Shown: positions 1 to 10,200 of the stretch, one piece after another
How the letters are laid out: every line of letters begins with the position of its first letter
Position numbering within the stretch: position 1 is the stretch's first letter
Source: a virus
DNA: 42,286 bases
Direction: 5' to 3' (one strand)
Virus record (IMG/VR): IMGVR_UViG_3300009963_000014
Coordinates: 1-42,286 of that record
Position numbers and translations under genes: made by a program
The notes under the pieces: model-generated
Databases searched by the model: none
Told to the model about the DNA's origin: nothing
The model's input: the letters and a program-made list of their open reading frames with translations, nothing else

Positions 1-127
1 ATGCGACCTGCTCCACGGAATGAACTGCATTTTTAGCTAGGATTTCAGCGATTTTGACAGTCTTTTCACCACCCTCTTTGATGAGGTACTCCTTGACCGC
101 TTTGACTGCGATGCCAAGCAAAATAAT
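1..127. repeat. Terminal duplication copy 1 (identical to 42160-42286)
   Basis: Same 127-nt string atgcgacctgctccacgg...gccaagcaaaataat read at both ends of the window. Confidence 0.95.
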
Positions 128-175
128 TGCAATGCTTACGGCTCCGTTTGTGATAATTTCATTAATTTGTTGCAT
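1..175 (-). CDS. Holin, LL-H-like, 5' portion (gene split by window origin; continues at 42159 downwards)
   Basis: ATG at 175-173 with AAAGGAG 8 nt upstream. Encodes [30 protein letters not shown]..., an N-terminal TM helix. Joins in frame with ORF 41999-42280. Confidence 0.8.
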   Translation of the reverse strand, partial: MQQINEIITNGAVSIAIILLGIAVKAVKEYLIKEGGEKTVKIAEILAKNAVHSVEQVA

Positions 176-178
176 TTA

Positions 179-595
179 TTATTCTCCTTTATTTTTGTCA
201 TCATCGTTCTCAAGCAATCGTTGGAATGCTTTCAAGATTGGCTGAAAAAGAGTGACATTTCCTTTTAATTTGCGATAATTCTCAATGAGTGATTGAAAAG
301 TAAATGCGATGTACCCGAGATAGATCGAGTACAAGAATGCGAAGCCTGTCTTCTCAGGCAAGAGTACAGACATCGGGATGAGGATCATCAGTAAAAGGAC
401 CCCTAGAATTTTGCGAAGGAGTCCATTAATACCGATTTTGCTCTTATACTCGATGTCAGGATTTGCGATAGCAGCAATCGTCCCTGTTACAAAATCAATG
501 ATTTCCATTGAGACAATCAATGCCAGAGCGTACAAGACCAGACCATCTTCAGTCTGGACGACGCTTCGGAAAAAATTGAAAAATTCAATTTGCAT
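179..595 (-). CDS. Holin (phage_holin_4 / TcdE-like, multi-TM)
   Basis: ORF-track 179-601. The ATG at 595 has GGAGG 5 nt upstream. Several hydrophobic helices. Lies next to the second holin and the lysin. Confidence 0.85.
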   Translation of the reverse strand: MQIEFFNFFRSVVQTEDGLVLYALALIVSMEIIDFVTGTIAAIANPDIEYKSKIGINGLLRKILGVLLLMILIPMSVLLPEKTGFAFLYSIYLGYIAFTFQSLIENYRKLKGNVTLFQPILKAFQRLLENDDDKNKGE

Positions 596-604
596 ACACA
601 CCTC

Positions 605-1225
605 CTATTCTTTAGGTTCGTACTTCCATGCTGCGCCTGTTCCGTCCATTTCAAGACGACCATTTCGGGCAAAGTCGCTGACTGGTTCACCGTTATAAGT
701 AAATTCCTTGTTCAACTGAATCAAGATACGCTTACCTTCGCCGTCTACCTCAACGTGCGCTGGGTCTTCGATGGTAATCAAGTCATGTGCCATGTAACGT
801 TTTCCAACCTCAGCCAGTGGAATCAACTCTACCAATTCCTTGTAGTTTGTTCCATAAGCGATTGTCTTACCTGCTACGGCATTTAAAACGACCGCATGGA
901 TGATTTTACCATAGCGGTCTGTTTCTTCTTGATTATGCTTAACTGCTTGGTCTGTAGCCGTTTGTTTAGCCTTTGTCGCAGCCAATTCCTGTTCAGCCTC
1001 TTGAAACTTGGCTTGCACTTGCACGATGGCGCTCGTTGGGTCAAGCTCTGTACGGATATGGTCCAGCACTGCTTGAATCAAAGTCGCTTCATTGTCCTGT
1101 GTATGGTCGCCGTGAAGTTCTACTTGCTCGTAAGAATAGCGTCCGTTGTTTTCCATCTTGATTGCGACTACTGTTGTGTTTTCTGCACCTTTAACATATG
1201 GTTTAATTGCTACTTCGTAATTCAT
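605..1225 (-). CDS. Hypothetical phage protein between tail fibre and holin (conserved streptococcal prophage position)
   Basis: 206-aa ORF packed tightly in the late operon. No motif recognised. Confidence 0.7.
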   Translation of the reverse strand: MNYEVAIKPYVKGAENTTVVAIKMENNGRYSYEQVELHGDHTQDNEATLIQAVLDHIRTELDPTSAIVQVQAKFQEAEQELAATKAKQTATDQAVKHNQEETDRYGKIIHAVVLNAVAGKTIAYGTNYKELVELIPLAEVGKRYMAHDLITIEDPAHVEVDGEGKRILIQLNKEFTYNGEPVSDFARNGRLEMDGTGAAWKYEPKE

Positions 1226-1437
1226 TAGTTAGTTCCTTTCATTTTAGCTTGTGTTTCTTCAAATAGCTCTTTTAGAGCTGGGTCATATTCTAGAACCTCT
1301 TTCATCGTGTGCAATTCGCTTGCTGCATACAAATAAAGAGCCTCATGCTTAGCTGATTCTTGCTCACTGCCTGCTAGTTTTTTAGTTAGTGAATCAAGTG
1401 TTAACTGATTTACTACTGCGTCCATGTTGTTATTCAT
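1225..1437 (-). CDS. Hypothetical small coiled-coil protein
   Basis: 70-aa ORF. Start and stop overlap the flanking genes (translational coupling). Confidence 0.65.
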   Translation of the reverse strand: MNNNMDAVVNQLTLDSLTKKLAGSEQESAKHEALYLYAASELHTMKEVLEYDPALKELFEETQAKMKGTN

Positions 1438-4400
1438 GCTATTGTTTTCTCCATTTTTTCTATTTTTTGATTTAATTCTTGGATGGCCTTAATTAAGTAA
1501 GGTACAAGTTCAAATGTGCGATATGAGTATGCACCATCAGGGTTTTCAAAAAATGCTTCAGGGGCATATTTCTGGACATCTTGTGCCATGATACCGCAAG
1601 AGATATCCTCAATTTTGCCATCGTACTCTTTACGATAGCTGTATGTTTTTAAATTATTGATAGCATCTAGACCAGATACTTGACTATCTTGAATATTGGA
1701 TTTATAACGACGGTCCGAGATTTCTTTATTCATCTGAATCCAATCTCTACCACTGTTACCTTGTCTATCCAAATATAGCCACTCACCGCCTTGTGAATAA
1801 TCTTTCCATAATTTATTGTATATAGGTGAGTAAAGCCACTCACCGCCACTATAAGTAATACGACCAGACACATTCAAACTACCATTTATCACTGCTCCAT
1901 TTGAAAACGACGGTTGACTATAAAAATTCACTGTTGATCTATTCGAAAAGTCGACCTTCCCGTGGAAATCCGCTCCGTTTCGGCAATACATATTTCCAGA
2001 CGTTGTCACATACCAAGCATTGGGACCAGGATAGTTCCAACTGTAACCCCAGTTCGCCCAAAATGCAGTATTTTCGCCATTATAACTGCCACCTTCGCCG
2101 TTTCCCATACCAACTGAGAATTGGTTGATACCAGAAATCCAGCGACCTCTTCCTTGGTCAAAACGCCCAATAGTGAATCCACCGATTCGGCCTTGGTAAG
2201 CTTCTAGGAATGTTGAGGTAGAAATGACGGACTCGACTTTTGTCGCAAAAATTTGTTTAGATGTCAGTTGTTCAATAAAAGCTTCATTTGTAATCATTTT
2301 CCTAATAAACGCATTATCAAATTTCACTTTCTCGGCCGTGACCGCTTCAGCGTCTAATATCGCAGTCGTGACCGAACTAGATTCAAAATTGGCTGTCTTC
2401 AGCTTATCAACCATAGCTGACTTGATAACCGCATTATCAATCAAGGTCTCGCCAGTTATATGAAATGTTTTTCCTATAAATCTATTGCGACCGTCAGCAC
2501 CCAGATTGATCCCAGAGATGATATCCCCAGCTGAGTTGATGTTCTGAACTGCCCATGAACCCGCAATCTGTGTGACTTGTGTCCGTATTGCTTCCGCTGT
2601 CCTTTTTGCTTCTTCAGCCTTTTCAGCAACTTGAATTGCCCGTGTTTGAGCGCTTTCTGCTAGTTCTTTAGCTTCTTTTGTCTGTTTGTACGCGTCATCA
2701 AATTGGCTAGGCTTGTACGTTCCTGTTCTACTACCTCTAACTAAAATAGGTTCTTTGAACTCAATCCAACCATTTTTGGCTAAATATATGTAAAATGGAT
2801 AGTTTGCGTCTTCACCAAAAGCGAAATCTTCTCGGACGGTAAAAGTTTTTTGAAACTCTTGCCATTCGTTTAATGCTGACTGTTCCTTACCGATATCAGA
2901 AGAAAGCAAGGTTTTATTTAAACCGTGATTTTTGATATTGAAAGCAAACGTACTATCTGGATATTCCTTGATACGGTATTTAAAACCTAGCGTATATGTT
3001 TCACCTTGATAGATTTTTTTAACGTAAATAGGTAGTGAAAATCCTGACCAATTATAACTGGTAAGACCCTGTGCCTTAATTGTAAAGATACCATTATTAA
3101 CAGAAATATCAGCTTTAGGATTGCTATTTCCGATAAGTGTATGCTTGCCCATTGTCATGGAATTGACAATCAAGTTGTTATCATCTGTTACATACTTTCC
3201 AACTTCCGTCTGGAAAATCTCGCTACTCATGACAAGCCGTGATAGCTTGTCAGGTGCTCCTGTTTCGGATGTGCCTAAAATGCGCTCGTATAACTGGCTT
3301 GTCTCTTGGACTCGCTGGAAGTCAGTAGTCTCTACTTTTCGCGCTAGTTGATTGGTCACATTCTTAAATTGACTATCAGCATCCGCTTTGTTTGCAGAAA
3401 CCTGATCAGATATTATATCCATTTGTCGTTCAGCATTATCCTTGTTTGTAGCAACCTGAGTCTTTAAATTTGAAATCTGATTATCTGTACCTTCTTTGTT
3501 ACTGTTTATCCGATTTGAAAGATTTGAAATCTGAGTAGTGGTTCCTTGCTCACTGCTTGTAAGTCTATTTGATAGACCACTGATTTGACCGCCCACATCT
3601 TGCTTATAAGTAGTTATCTGACTGGAAATATCCGTGAATTTCCCATCGACTGTCTGCCGATAATTCGCAAGTCGAGTTGTAAGTTCATTGCTTGCATTTT
3701 TCTTGGCTTCTTCGATTCGTTGGTTGATTCCGCGGACATCTTCCTGATAGGTTACCTTCCCGACAAAATCACGGCTCACAAGCTCACGGACTGTTGTCGC
3801 TTGTCGGGCGCTCTCATCACGAGAATATTTTCGTAAAGCTTCTTGTCTCTGTCCGTCTTGGCTGACATAGCTTTCAACCGCTGCTAGCTTCATAGACAGA
3901 CCTTCGGCGGTCTTCTCAAATTCAGATTTGGCAACGACCAGATCCGTCTTGCCATCTTCGGGGGCAGGACCCGCATCTATACGAGTAGAACTTCTGGTCA
4001 ATTCAACCTTGCGAAAGGCTACATGACCAATCTCGTTATAACCGAGAATGATTCGCCAGAGATCGAAATTATCAGGCTTGGTCAGCGCTGGTATAGTGAC
4101 TTGATAAGTCTGCCAGCTAGACGTAAGATTAAAATTGCCAGATATAATCTCAGGATTGCCAGGTACTGTTCGATTGGCTCTTAAAGAGACCCAAACCCTT
4201 GGATTTCCAGAGTGACACATAGCTTGAAAAGAAAGCGTATAAGTTTCGCCAAGTTCCAAGTCTAGAAGAGCTGTCGAACTCTTACCTGAAGCTTGACTTC
4301 CTTCTTTCGAATGGATTTGCAACTGTTTCCAAGTCTTCGTGGTTCCTTTTACATTATATTCTCCGTTTGAGATAGTCCAATCTCGAGGGCTGTTATCACC

Positions 4401-6932
4401 TTGATTATAGTGCCAAAGTCCTCTTGAAAAGTCGTAGTCTTCAGCATAGTTACGACTACCGACCTTCATTTTTGAAAATTCTTCTCGCAATTTCCCAGCT
4501 TCAGCCACAACCAAGGTCTTATCTGCCTTGTCCTTAGTTGCGTTCAGGATTTCCTGACGAATAGAGCCAGCCTGCACTTCAAATTCAGCCTGACTCAATT
4601 TCTGATCCAGCTTGTTCTGCGTGCTTGTTTCCAAACTCTTCACGGACTGCTTGATATTCTCGGCAGTCACGTTGAGTGCGCTGATATCCGCCTTGGTTCT
4701 GAGACCTTCAGTCAGACTTCTCACACCAGCATCAAGTGAATCGGCCCGTTGCTTAAAGGTTGATTCGACAGCTGAGATTTGGTTTTCAGTATCTTCTGGA
4801 GCTTCTTTGGGACTTGTCGCTAAACTCCCGTTTTCCAACTGAGGCGCAAGAACATCTAAGTATTCTCCAGCATCAGCATTTACGAGATATACATAGCCAA
4901 TTGATACGGTTCCAGCTTTTTTTCGCTCGTTTGAAAATGTCAAATATGTCCATTTATCATCTTTCAAGATAAAATATGGACTTATACCTGTTTCATCGTC
5001 AGGCTCCCAGTAAGTTTGTAACTTAACTCTTTGCCCAACTGAACCTTTTACCCAGACAGACACAGTATAGGTTCCTGGCATTATTTCAAACCTGTCCTGA
5101 GCAATGCCGATTTGGCCTCTAGCGTTACTTGAGGTCAATCGTATTGCTTTATCAAATCCAGTCGCTGGACTATTTGGTACTTCAATAGTCTTTGCTGTTC
5201 CAGTTCCTGATGGCCTAAAGGTACTTGATGTCCACAATCCGCTGGCTAGAGCCATGCGTCTTGTTCCTCGGATATAATTCCGCCCCCCAACCTGCACACT
5301 CGCTATCTTACTAGCCAGCTCCTCCGCAGTCTGCGTGAGTTCTGACTTGCTGGCTTTACCATTGGCCAAGTTGGTCAGCTCTGCCAATCTGCGAGTCGTT
5401 GTCTCTTCATACGTCGCTTGCGCTGACTTCACACCAGACAAATCATTCTTGGTCTTGTTAAGTGCTTCGACTTGCTTGGCAATCTCAGCTTCAGCCTGTG
5501 CCTGCTTCGGTCGAATATCATTCGCGATGGTTCGTTTCAGAGCATCCAAATCACCCGACAAGGCCGTTTGGGCGCTCGTAGTCTGCGTCTTGAATGCTTC
5601 AAGCTTGGCAACAGAATCTAACCCAATCCGTTTAGCTTCCTGAGCAAGCAAGCTGCTTGCGCCAGCGTTCCTCAAGGCTTCTTCAGCCCTGCGCTTGACT
5701 TCTTGTAATGGGCCGTTGTCAAAGCTGTTGAATCGCTGATTGATAGTATCCGATAGTTCTTGCTTGACTTCTTCCGCCTTAGCCTTGGCAAGTTCGATAC
5801 CGTCATCTATCTCTTTTTTACGCTTTTTGAACTCGGCATCAAAGGCTGCGTCTGCTGCTTCAATCTGCGCTTGGATTTTTGCTTCAATGCCATCTTGTTG
5901 TTTTATCTGCTTGGTAATCGTACCCTCGTAAGAATACTGAGTATCGTTTCCAGATTTACTATCTGCACTGATACGACCTCTCAGACCACCTTTAAAAGTA
6001 AAGCTCTGACTTAACACAGGAACTTTAAAAGTCTCTTTCTTATTGGTCTGAATGGTTACCCACTGCCCAACCTCAAGCAGTAAATGCCCTTGGTAGTTGA
6101 GATTGTAAGGATAGTAAGTCAGGTTTTTCAGTTTGTAGTACAGGTCATTTAAAGCGCTCTGGATCATGAAGACATTGTCCAGTTCCAAAGACCGACCTGT
6201 CTTCATACCGACCGTTAGAGACTTCTTGTCCGTCTTACAAGTGATACCTGCTATCTGATACTCAATCTCGCTCTTGATTAAACCATGTAGGAAGTAACTA
6301 TCTGCGTTGATTGTGATATTTGACTCAGTTAAATCACGGATTTCCATCTTACCTTCTCGGTTGAAGAAACAAGACATTCCAATCATCTGAGTCATGGAGC
6401 TTAACATATCCCTGAAGGAAAGTTTCTTGCCTCCAGGAATTTGCTCGACATGATAGCGCATAGCGCTGATTCCGAAATAGTCATTTGCTAACTCAATGCC
6501 TGTTTTTAGGCAGATTTCCTGAATAACCTCTCGTACTTCAGCTGGGAAATGCAAATCTGTCACATACTCACGATTGAGCTTAAACATACCGTCCATGAGC
6601 TCCAGCGTGGTTGTGTTGCGGTTTCGGTCAATCTCAATATCGTTGATGAAGTATTCTCCCATCTTAACCCACTGGTAGGTATCCCCAACCAGTAGCCCAA
6701 TCTCAGGATGTAGGATATCCAGCTTATTGAATGTGGTTATGATGCTGGTAAAGGTAATCTTACCGCTACCAGCACAGGTTCCACCGGGCTTATAAGTATC
6801 ACCCTTGATATAGCCATACTCAAAACTAGCCTCTTTGATATCCCGTGAAGCATAATCACCAACACGGATATCCAGCGTCCTCTCCTTGGCAAGCATGGCT
6901 CTGTCAAATTGTCGTCTAGTTAAAGCGTCCAT
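1434..6932 (-). CDS. Tail fibre / host-specificity protein, PblB-like, with C-terminal intramolecular chaperone (peptidase S74) domain
   Basis: 1832 aa, downstream of the tape measure. Coiled-coil stretches. Three jelly-roll/CBM-like modules. C-terminus SDRRYKSNI...GIMAQDV...LVPYLIKAIQEL is typical of the endosialidase-chaperone domain. Confidence 0.85.
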   Translation of the reverse strand: MDALTRRQFDRAMLAKERTLDIRVGDYASRDIKEASFEYGYIKGDTYKPGGTCAGSGKITFTSIITTFNKLDILHPEIGLLVGDTYQWVKMGEYFINDIEIDRNRNTTTLELMDGMFKLNREYVTDLHFPAEVREVIQEICLKTGIELANDYFGISAMRYHVEQIPGGKKLSFRDMLSSMTQMIGMSCFFNREGKMEIRDLTESNITINADSYFLHGLIKSEIEYQIAGITCKTDKKSLTVGMKTGRSLELDNVFMIQSALNDLYYKLKNLTYYPYNLNYQGHLLLEVGQWVTIQTNKKETFKVPVLSQSFTFKGGLRGRISADSKSGNDTQYSYEGTITKQIKQQDGIEAKIQAQIEAADAAFDAEFKKRKKEIDDGIELAKAKAEEVKQELSDTINQRFNSFDNGPLQEVKRRAEEALRNAGASSLLAQEAKRIGLDSVAKLEAFKTQTTSAQTALSGDLDALKRTIANDIRPKQAQAEAEIAKQVEALNKTKNDLSGVKSAQATYEETTTRRLAELTNLANGKASKSELTQTAEELASKIASVQVGGRNYIRGTRRMALASGLWTSSTFRPSGTGTAKTIEVPNSPATGFDKAIRLTSSNARGQIGIAQDRFEIMPGTYTVSVWVKGSVGQRVKLQTYWEPDDETGISPYFILKDDKWTYLTFSNERKKAGTVSIGYVYLVNADAGEYLDVLAPQLENGSLATSPKEAPEDTENQISAVESTFKQRADSLDAGVRSLTEGLRTKADISALNVTAENIKQSVKSLETSTQNKLDQKLSQAEFEVQAGSIRQEILNATKDKADKTLVVAEAGKLREEFSKMKVGSRNYAEDYDFSRGLWHYNQGDNSPRDWTISNGEYNVKGTTKTWKQLQIHSKEGSQASGKSSTALLDLELGETYTLSFQAMCHSGNPRVWVSLRANRTVPGNPEIISGNFNLTSSWQTYQVTIPALTKPDNFDLWRIILGYNEIGHVAFRKVELTRSSTRIDAGPAPEDGKTDLVVAKSEFEKTAEGLSMKLAAVESYVSQDGQRQEALRKYSRDESARQATTVRELVSRDFVGKVTYQEDVRGINQRIEEAKKNASNELTTRLANYRQTVDGKFTDISSQITTYKQDVGGQISGLSNRLTSSEQGTTTQISNLSNRINSNKEGTDNQISNLKTQVATNKDNAERQMDIISDQVSANKADADSQFKNVTNQLARKVETTDFQRVQETSQLYERILGTSETGAPDKLSRLVMSSEIFQTEVGKYVTDDNNLIVNSMTMGKHTLIGNSNPKADISVNNGIFTIKAQGLTSYNWSGFSLPIYVKKIYQGETYTLGFKYRIKEYPDSTFAFNIKNHGLNKTLLSSDIGKEQSALNEWQEFQKTFTVREDFAFGEDANYPFYIYLAKNGWIEFKEPILVRGSRTGTYKPSQFDDAYKQTKEAKELAESAQTRAIQVAEKAEEAKRTAEAIRTQVTQIAGSWAVQNINSAGDIISGINLGADGRNRFIGKTFHITGETLIDNAVIKSAMVDKLKTANFESSSVTTAILDAEAVTAEKVKFDNAFIRKMITNEAFIEQLTSKQIFATKVESVISTSTFLEAYQGRIGGFTIGRFDQGRGRWISGINQFSVGMGNGEGGSYNGENTAFWANWGYSWNYPGPNAWYVTTSGNMYCRNGADFHGKVDFSNRSTVNFYSQPSFSNGAVINGSLNVSGRITYSGGEWLYSPIYNKLWKDYSQGGEWLYLDRQGNSGRDWIQMNKEISDRRYKSNIQDSQVSGLDAINNLKTYSYRKEYDGKIEDISCGIMAQDVQKYAPEAFFENPDGAYSYRTFELVPYLIKAIQELNQKIEKMEKTIA

Positions 6933-6936
6933 TTTC

Positions 6937-7287
6937 TTACCTCTCTACCAGATTAAATTTAGCGCCAGACCAAGGTTTAAACTTCTCAGTAAAGGTATAG
7001 CTTGGAGCCGTTCTATCGCCGACGTAAAAAGTCCCAGTCGTCTGACCTTTAACAGGGTCAGGGTATGAAACCTCAAAAAAGACTGCTGACACGGCATTTA
7101 AAAGCTGACTCATTTCTTCCTGAGTCAGCATGCCCCATTCACAGTCTAGTTTGCGTTTGGTCGTGATACGGTCACGCACCATGTCTCCATTGGCGTTACG
7201 CCCTGTTTCTCCATCGATATCCTGAATACCGACTTGAAAAGATTTGGGAGGCTTCACAGCCACCCCATTGATTCTCAATTGTGCCAT
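6937..7287 (-). CDS. Small distal-tail-region protein (hypothetical)
   Basis: 116-aa ORF between the tape measure and the fibre gene. Confidence 0.7.
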   Translation of the reverse strand: MAQLRINGVAVKPPKSFQVGIQDIDGETGRNANGDMVRDRITTKRKLDCEWGMLTQEEMSQLLNAVSAVFFEVSYPDPVKGQTTGTFYVGDRTAPSYTFTEKFKPWSGAKFNLVER

Positions 7288-7295
7288 TTAACCTC

Positions 7296-10200
7296 CTAAA
7301 TCTTGAGCAAGGTTTGACCTGCTCGTTCGTGTTCCTTGTTGATTTCTTGAATTGCTACCCGTCCGAACTCATGGCCTGCGATTTGGATAACAATATCACC
7401 AGCTGGTAATGAATAGCCTGCAGGGGCATTGTTAACAGGCATTCTTTCAGCTACTTTCTGAGCCAAAGTAGAAATCCAACCTGTATTCCGTTCAAGGGGC
7501 ATTACCGCTTCTTGACCAGCTTCTCCGACCCCGATAATGCTAGGTGAGTTGAATACACCACCTCGTGCATACCAAGAAATATCAAAGCTAGGAAAACTAG
7601 GTGGATTCAAACTAAAACCGCCAGTTATATTAATGTGAGGCAACTCAAGTTTTGGCAAGTGCCACTCGAAATCAAAAATACTCTTAAGCGCATCAACACC
7701 TGATTGTACTGCGCTTTTTGCGTTATCCATTGCATCATTAAACAGATTCTTGAACCAGTTAGGGATTTCTTTCAAGGCATCTTGCATGTCTTTCCATCTA
7801 TCGCCAAACCAAGAGCCGATTTTTTGGAAAGGATTCTGAGTTTTCTCTTTTGCACTCTCAAATTTCTCTCCAAACCATGTATCAGCTTCTTTTACTCCAT
7901 CTTTGATATCATTCCATCTATCACCGAACCAAGAGCCAACTTTTTCAAAAGCGGAATTCACTTTATCTCTACCAGATTGGAATTTCTCTCCAAGCCAAGT
8001 GTTTGCTTCGGCAAGCGCGTCTTTAGATTCATTCCAACGGTCACCAAACCACGAACCCAACTTGCTAAATGTATTGCTAATTGCATCCCAACCTTGCTGG
8101 AATTTATTGCCTAACCAAGAACCAACTTCTGTCAAAGCATTAGTCACATCAGCCCATCTCTCACCGAACCATGAACCTAAATTACTGAAGATATTAACGA
8201 TACCGTCCCAACCTTCTTGGAACTTCTCGCCAAACCATTGACCTATCGGCTCAAAGATTTCTTGTAGCTTCATCCATAGACCGCTGAAAAATTCGCCAAT
8301 CGCTTGACAAACACCACTGATAAAATCACATAGTCCTTGCCATGCTGTTTTAGCAAACTCAACAACAGTATCCCAGTTTTGGTAGAGCAAGACACCGATA
8401 GCAATTAAGGCTGCGATTGCTGCAATAACTAAAGTTATCGGACTGGTCAATACCGCAATGGCTCCATTGAGTGCCCATGTTGCAGCTGCTGCAACTCCTG
8501 CTGCAACCGATTGAGCGATTTCCGCTGCTGCTGCAAGTCCCATTTGTGCTGCATGAACACCCCAAGCTAGTGCTGATTTACCAAGTTCTAGAGCAGTTTT
8601 TCCTAACTCTACAATCAATTTACCTGAATTGACCACAAAGTCTTTTGCATACAACGCATTCAAATAGATGGTTTCACCGAAGCTAACCAATTTATCAAAT
8701 GTCAAAGCTTTCAAAGCTAGTCCAAGATCTTTAATTCCGCTAACAATAAATGAAACCTTACCACTTAATAATTCGAATGCTCCTGCAAGTCCTCCAGCTT
8801 GTTCAGCCCAAGACAAGAGCTTAATTCCTTGCCATACGGTTGCAAGTGTACCAATCACATTAGCGACCGTAGAGATAATCTCTTTATTTTCTTTACACCA
8901 ATCTGAAAAAGCAGTAAAACCATCAGCCACTAGCTTGATTGTATCAGCTAGTAACTTCAATGATTCCAGTATGATACCGCCTAGTAAATCAGCGACGGTT
9001 TCAATACTTATGCCGAATGTGTTAGACAAGAACTCTGCGAAAGGCTTCCAACTTCCTTCCCAAAGTATTAGAATAATATCAATTAGTCCATTAAAAGCAT
9101 TAGCAATAGAGTCAATAGCAGGGGCTACATGTTCATCGTAGACACTACTCAACCCATCGCCAAACTTATCAACAACACTTTCAATAGTTTCAAATATCGG
9201 AGCTACAATGTCCAAAAGACTTTGAAGCATTGATGAAATTTTAGGAGCGCTTGTCACAACGACTTTTTCAAAACCTTTAAACAAACTTCCTGCTAATTTG
9301 CTACCGACTTCAACAATGGTAGATGTCAAACTTAATAGAGTTGACACAATAGCGCTACCGATACGAACCGCACCAGTTGAAGTAATGACATCGTAGAAAG
9401 CACTAGAAAAGGCCTGAGCGATGTTCCCTACAGCCTCTGCAATGTTACCAATATTATCAAACAAAGCGACTAGCGCCCTGATAATGCGTTCTTTCTGCCT
9501 TTCAAGGCCGTTCGCAATACTTTCAGTAAGGAGTACACCAATACCAACTCCGATAGTGGCTAACGAACCAGCAATTTGGCCCAAAGCATAAGCGATTTTT
9601 TCGGTCATGCGGTTAAAGGCATTTACAACTCTTGGATCAGTAGCGATTTCTTCAAGAGTTTTCTTGATTCGTTCTAAAGCAGCTTTAATACGCTCTAAGC
9701 CTTCTGGTCTAAACGCTGCATCAAAACCTTTTTTGAAGAGATCAAACAACCCTTTCAGCTTATCTCCAAGACCATCAAAAATGCTCTTGAATTTGTTGTC
9801 CATGTCGGTCAACTCGACTTCTGGCAAGATGTCTTTGAAAGGTCCGCCACCGCCTCCCTTTCCTTTACCACCTTTGCCTCCGCCACCGCCTCCACCACCT
9901 CCAGAACCGCCTGCGTCGTCGTCTTTTGGTTTTTGTAAGATGTTAATCTCATCAAATCCCAAAAGACCTAGCAATTCTTTAGCAGCCTTCTTAGCGTTTT
10001 TGGCTGAGTCTCCAAGATTGTCAGCAAGTCCTCCTGCTGAATCTCCAGCGTCATCTACTGCGTCAGCAAGGTCTCCTGCTCCGCCTGCAGCATCCTTCAT
10101 GGCGTTACCCATGTCTCCAACTGCTCCACCGACACCGTCTTTCACTGTTGCCTTCTTGTTGAACATCAAAGCGATAAACTCAGCAAGTTTAGCAGTCACG

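Noticed and set aside
54-1228. Several 60-110-aa plus-strand ORFs opposite the holin and fibre-associated genes
   Set aside because: They are antisense to tightly packed, RBS-supported late genes, have no RBS, and lack operon logic.
7704-8241. Plus-strand ORFs of 136 and 112 aa
   Set aside because: These are antisense shadows of the repetitive part of the tape measure gene. The repeats keep the frames open.
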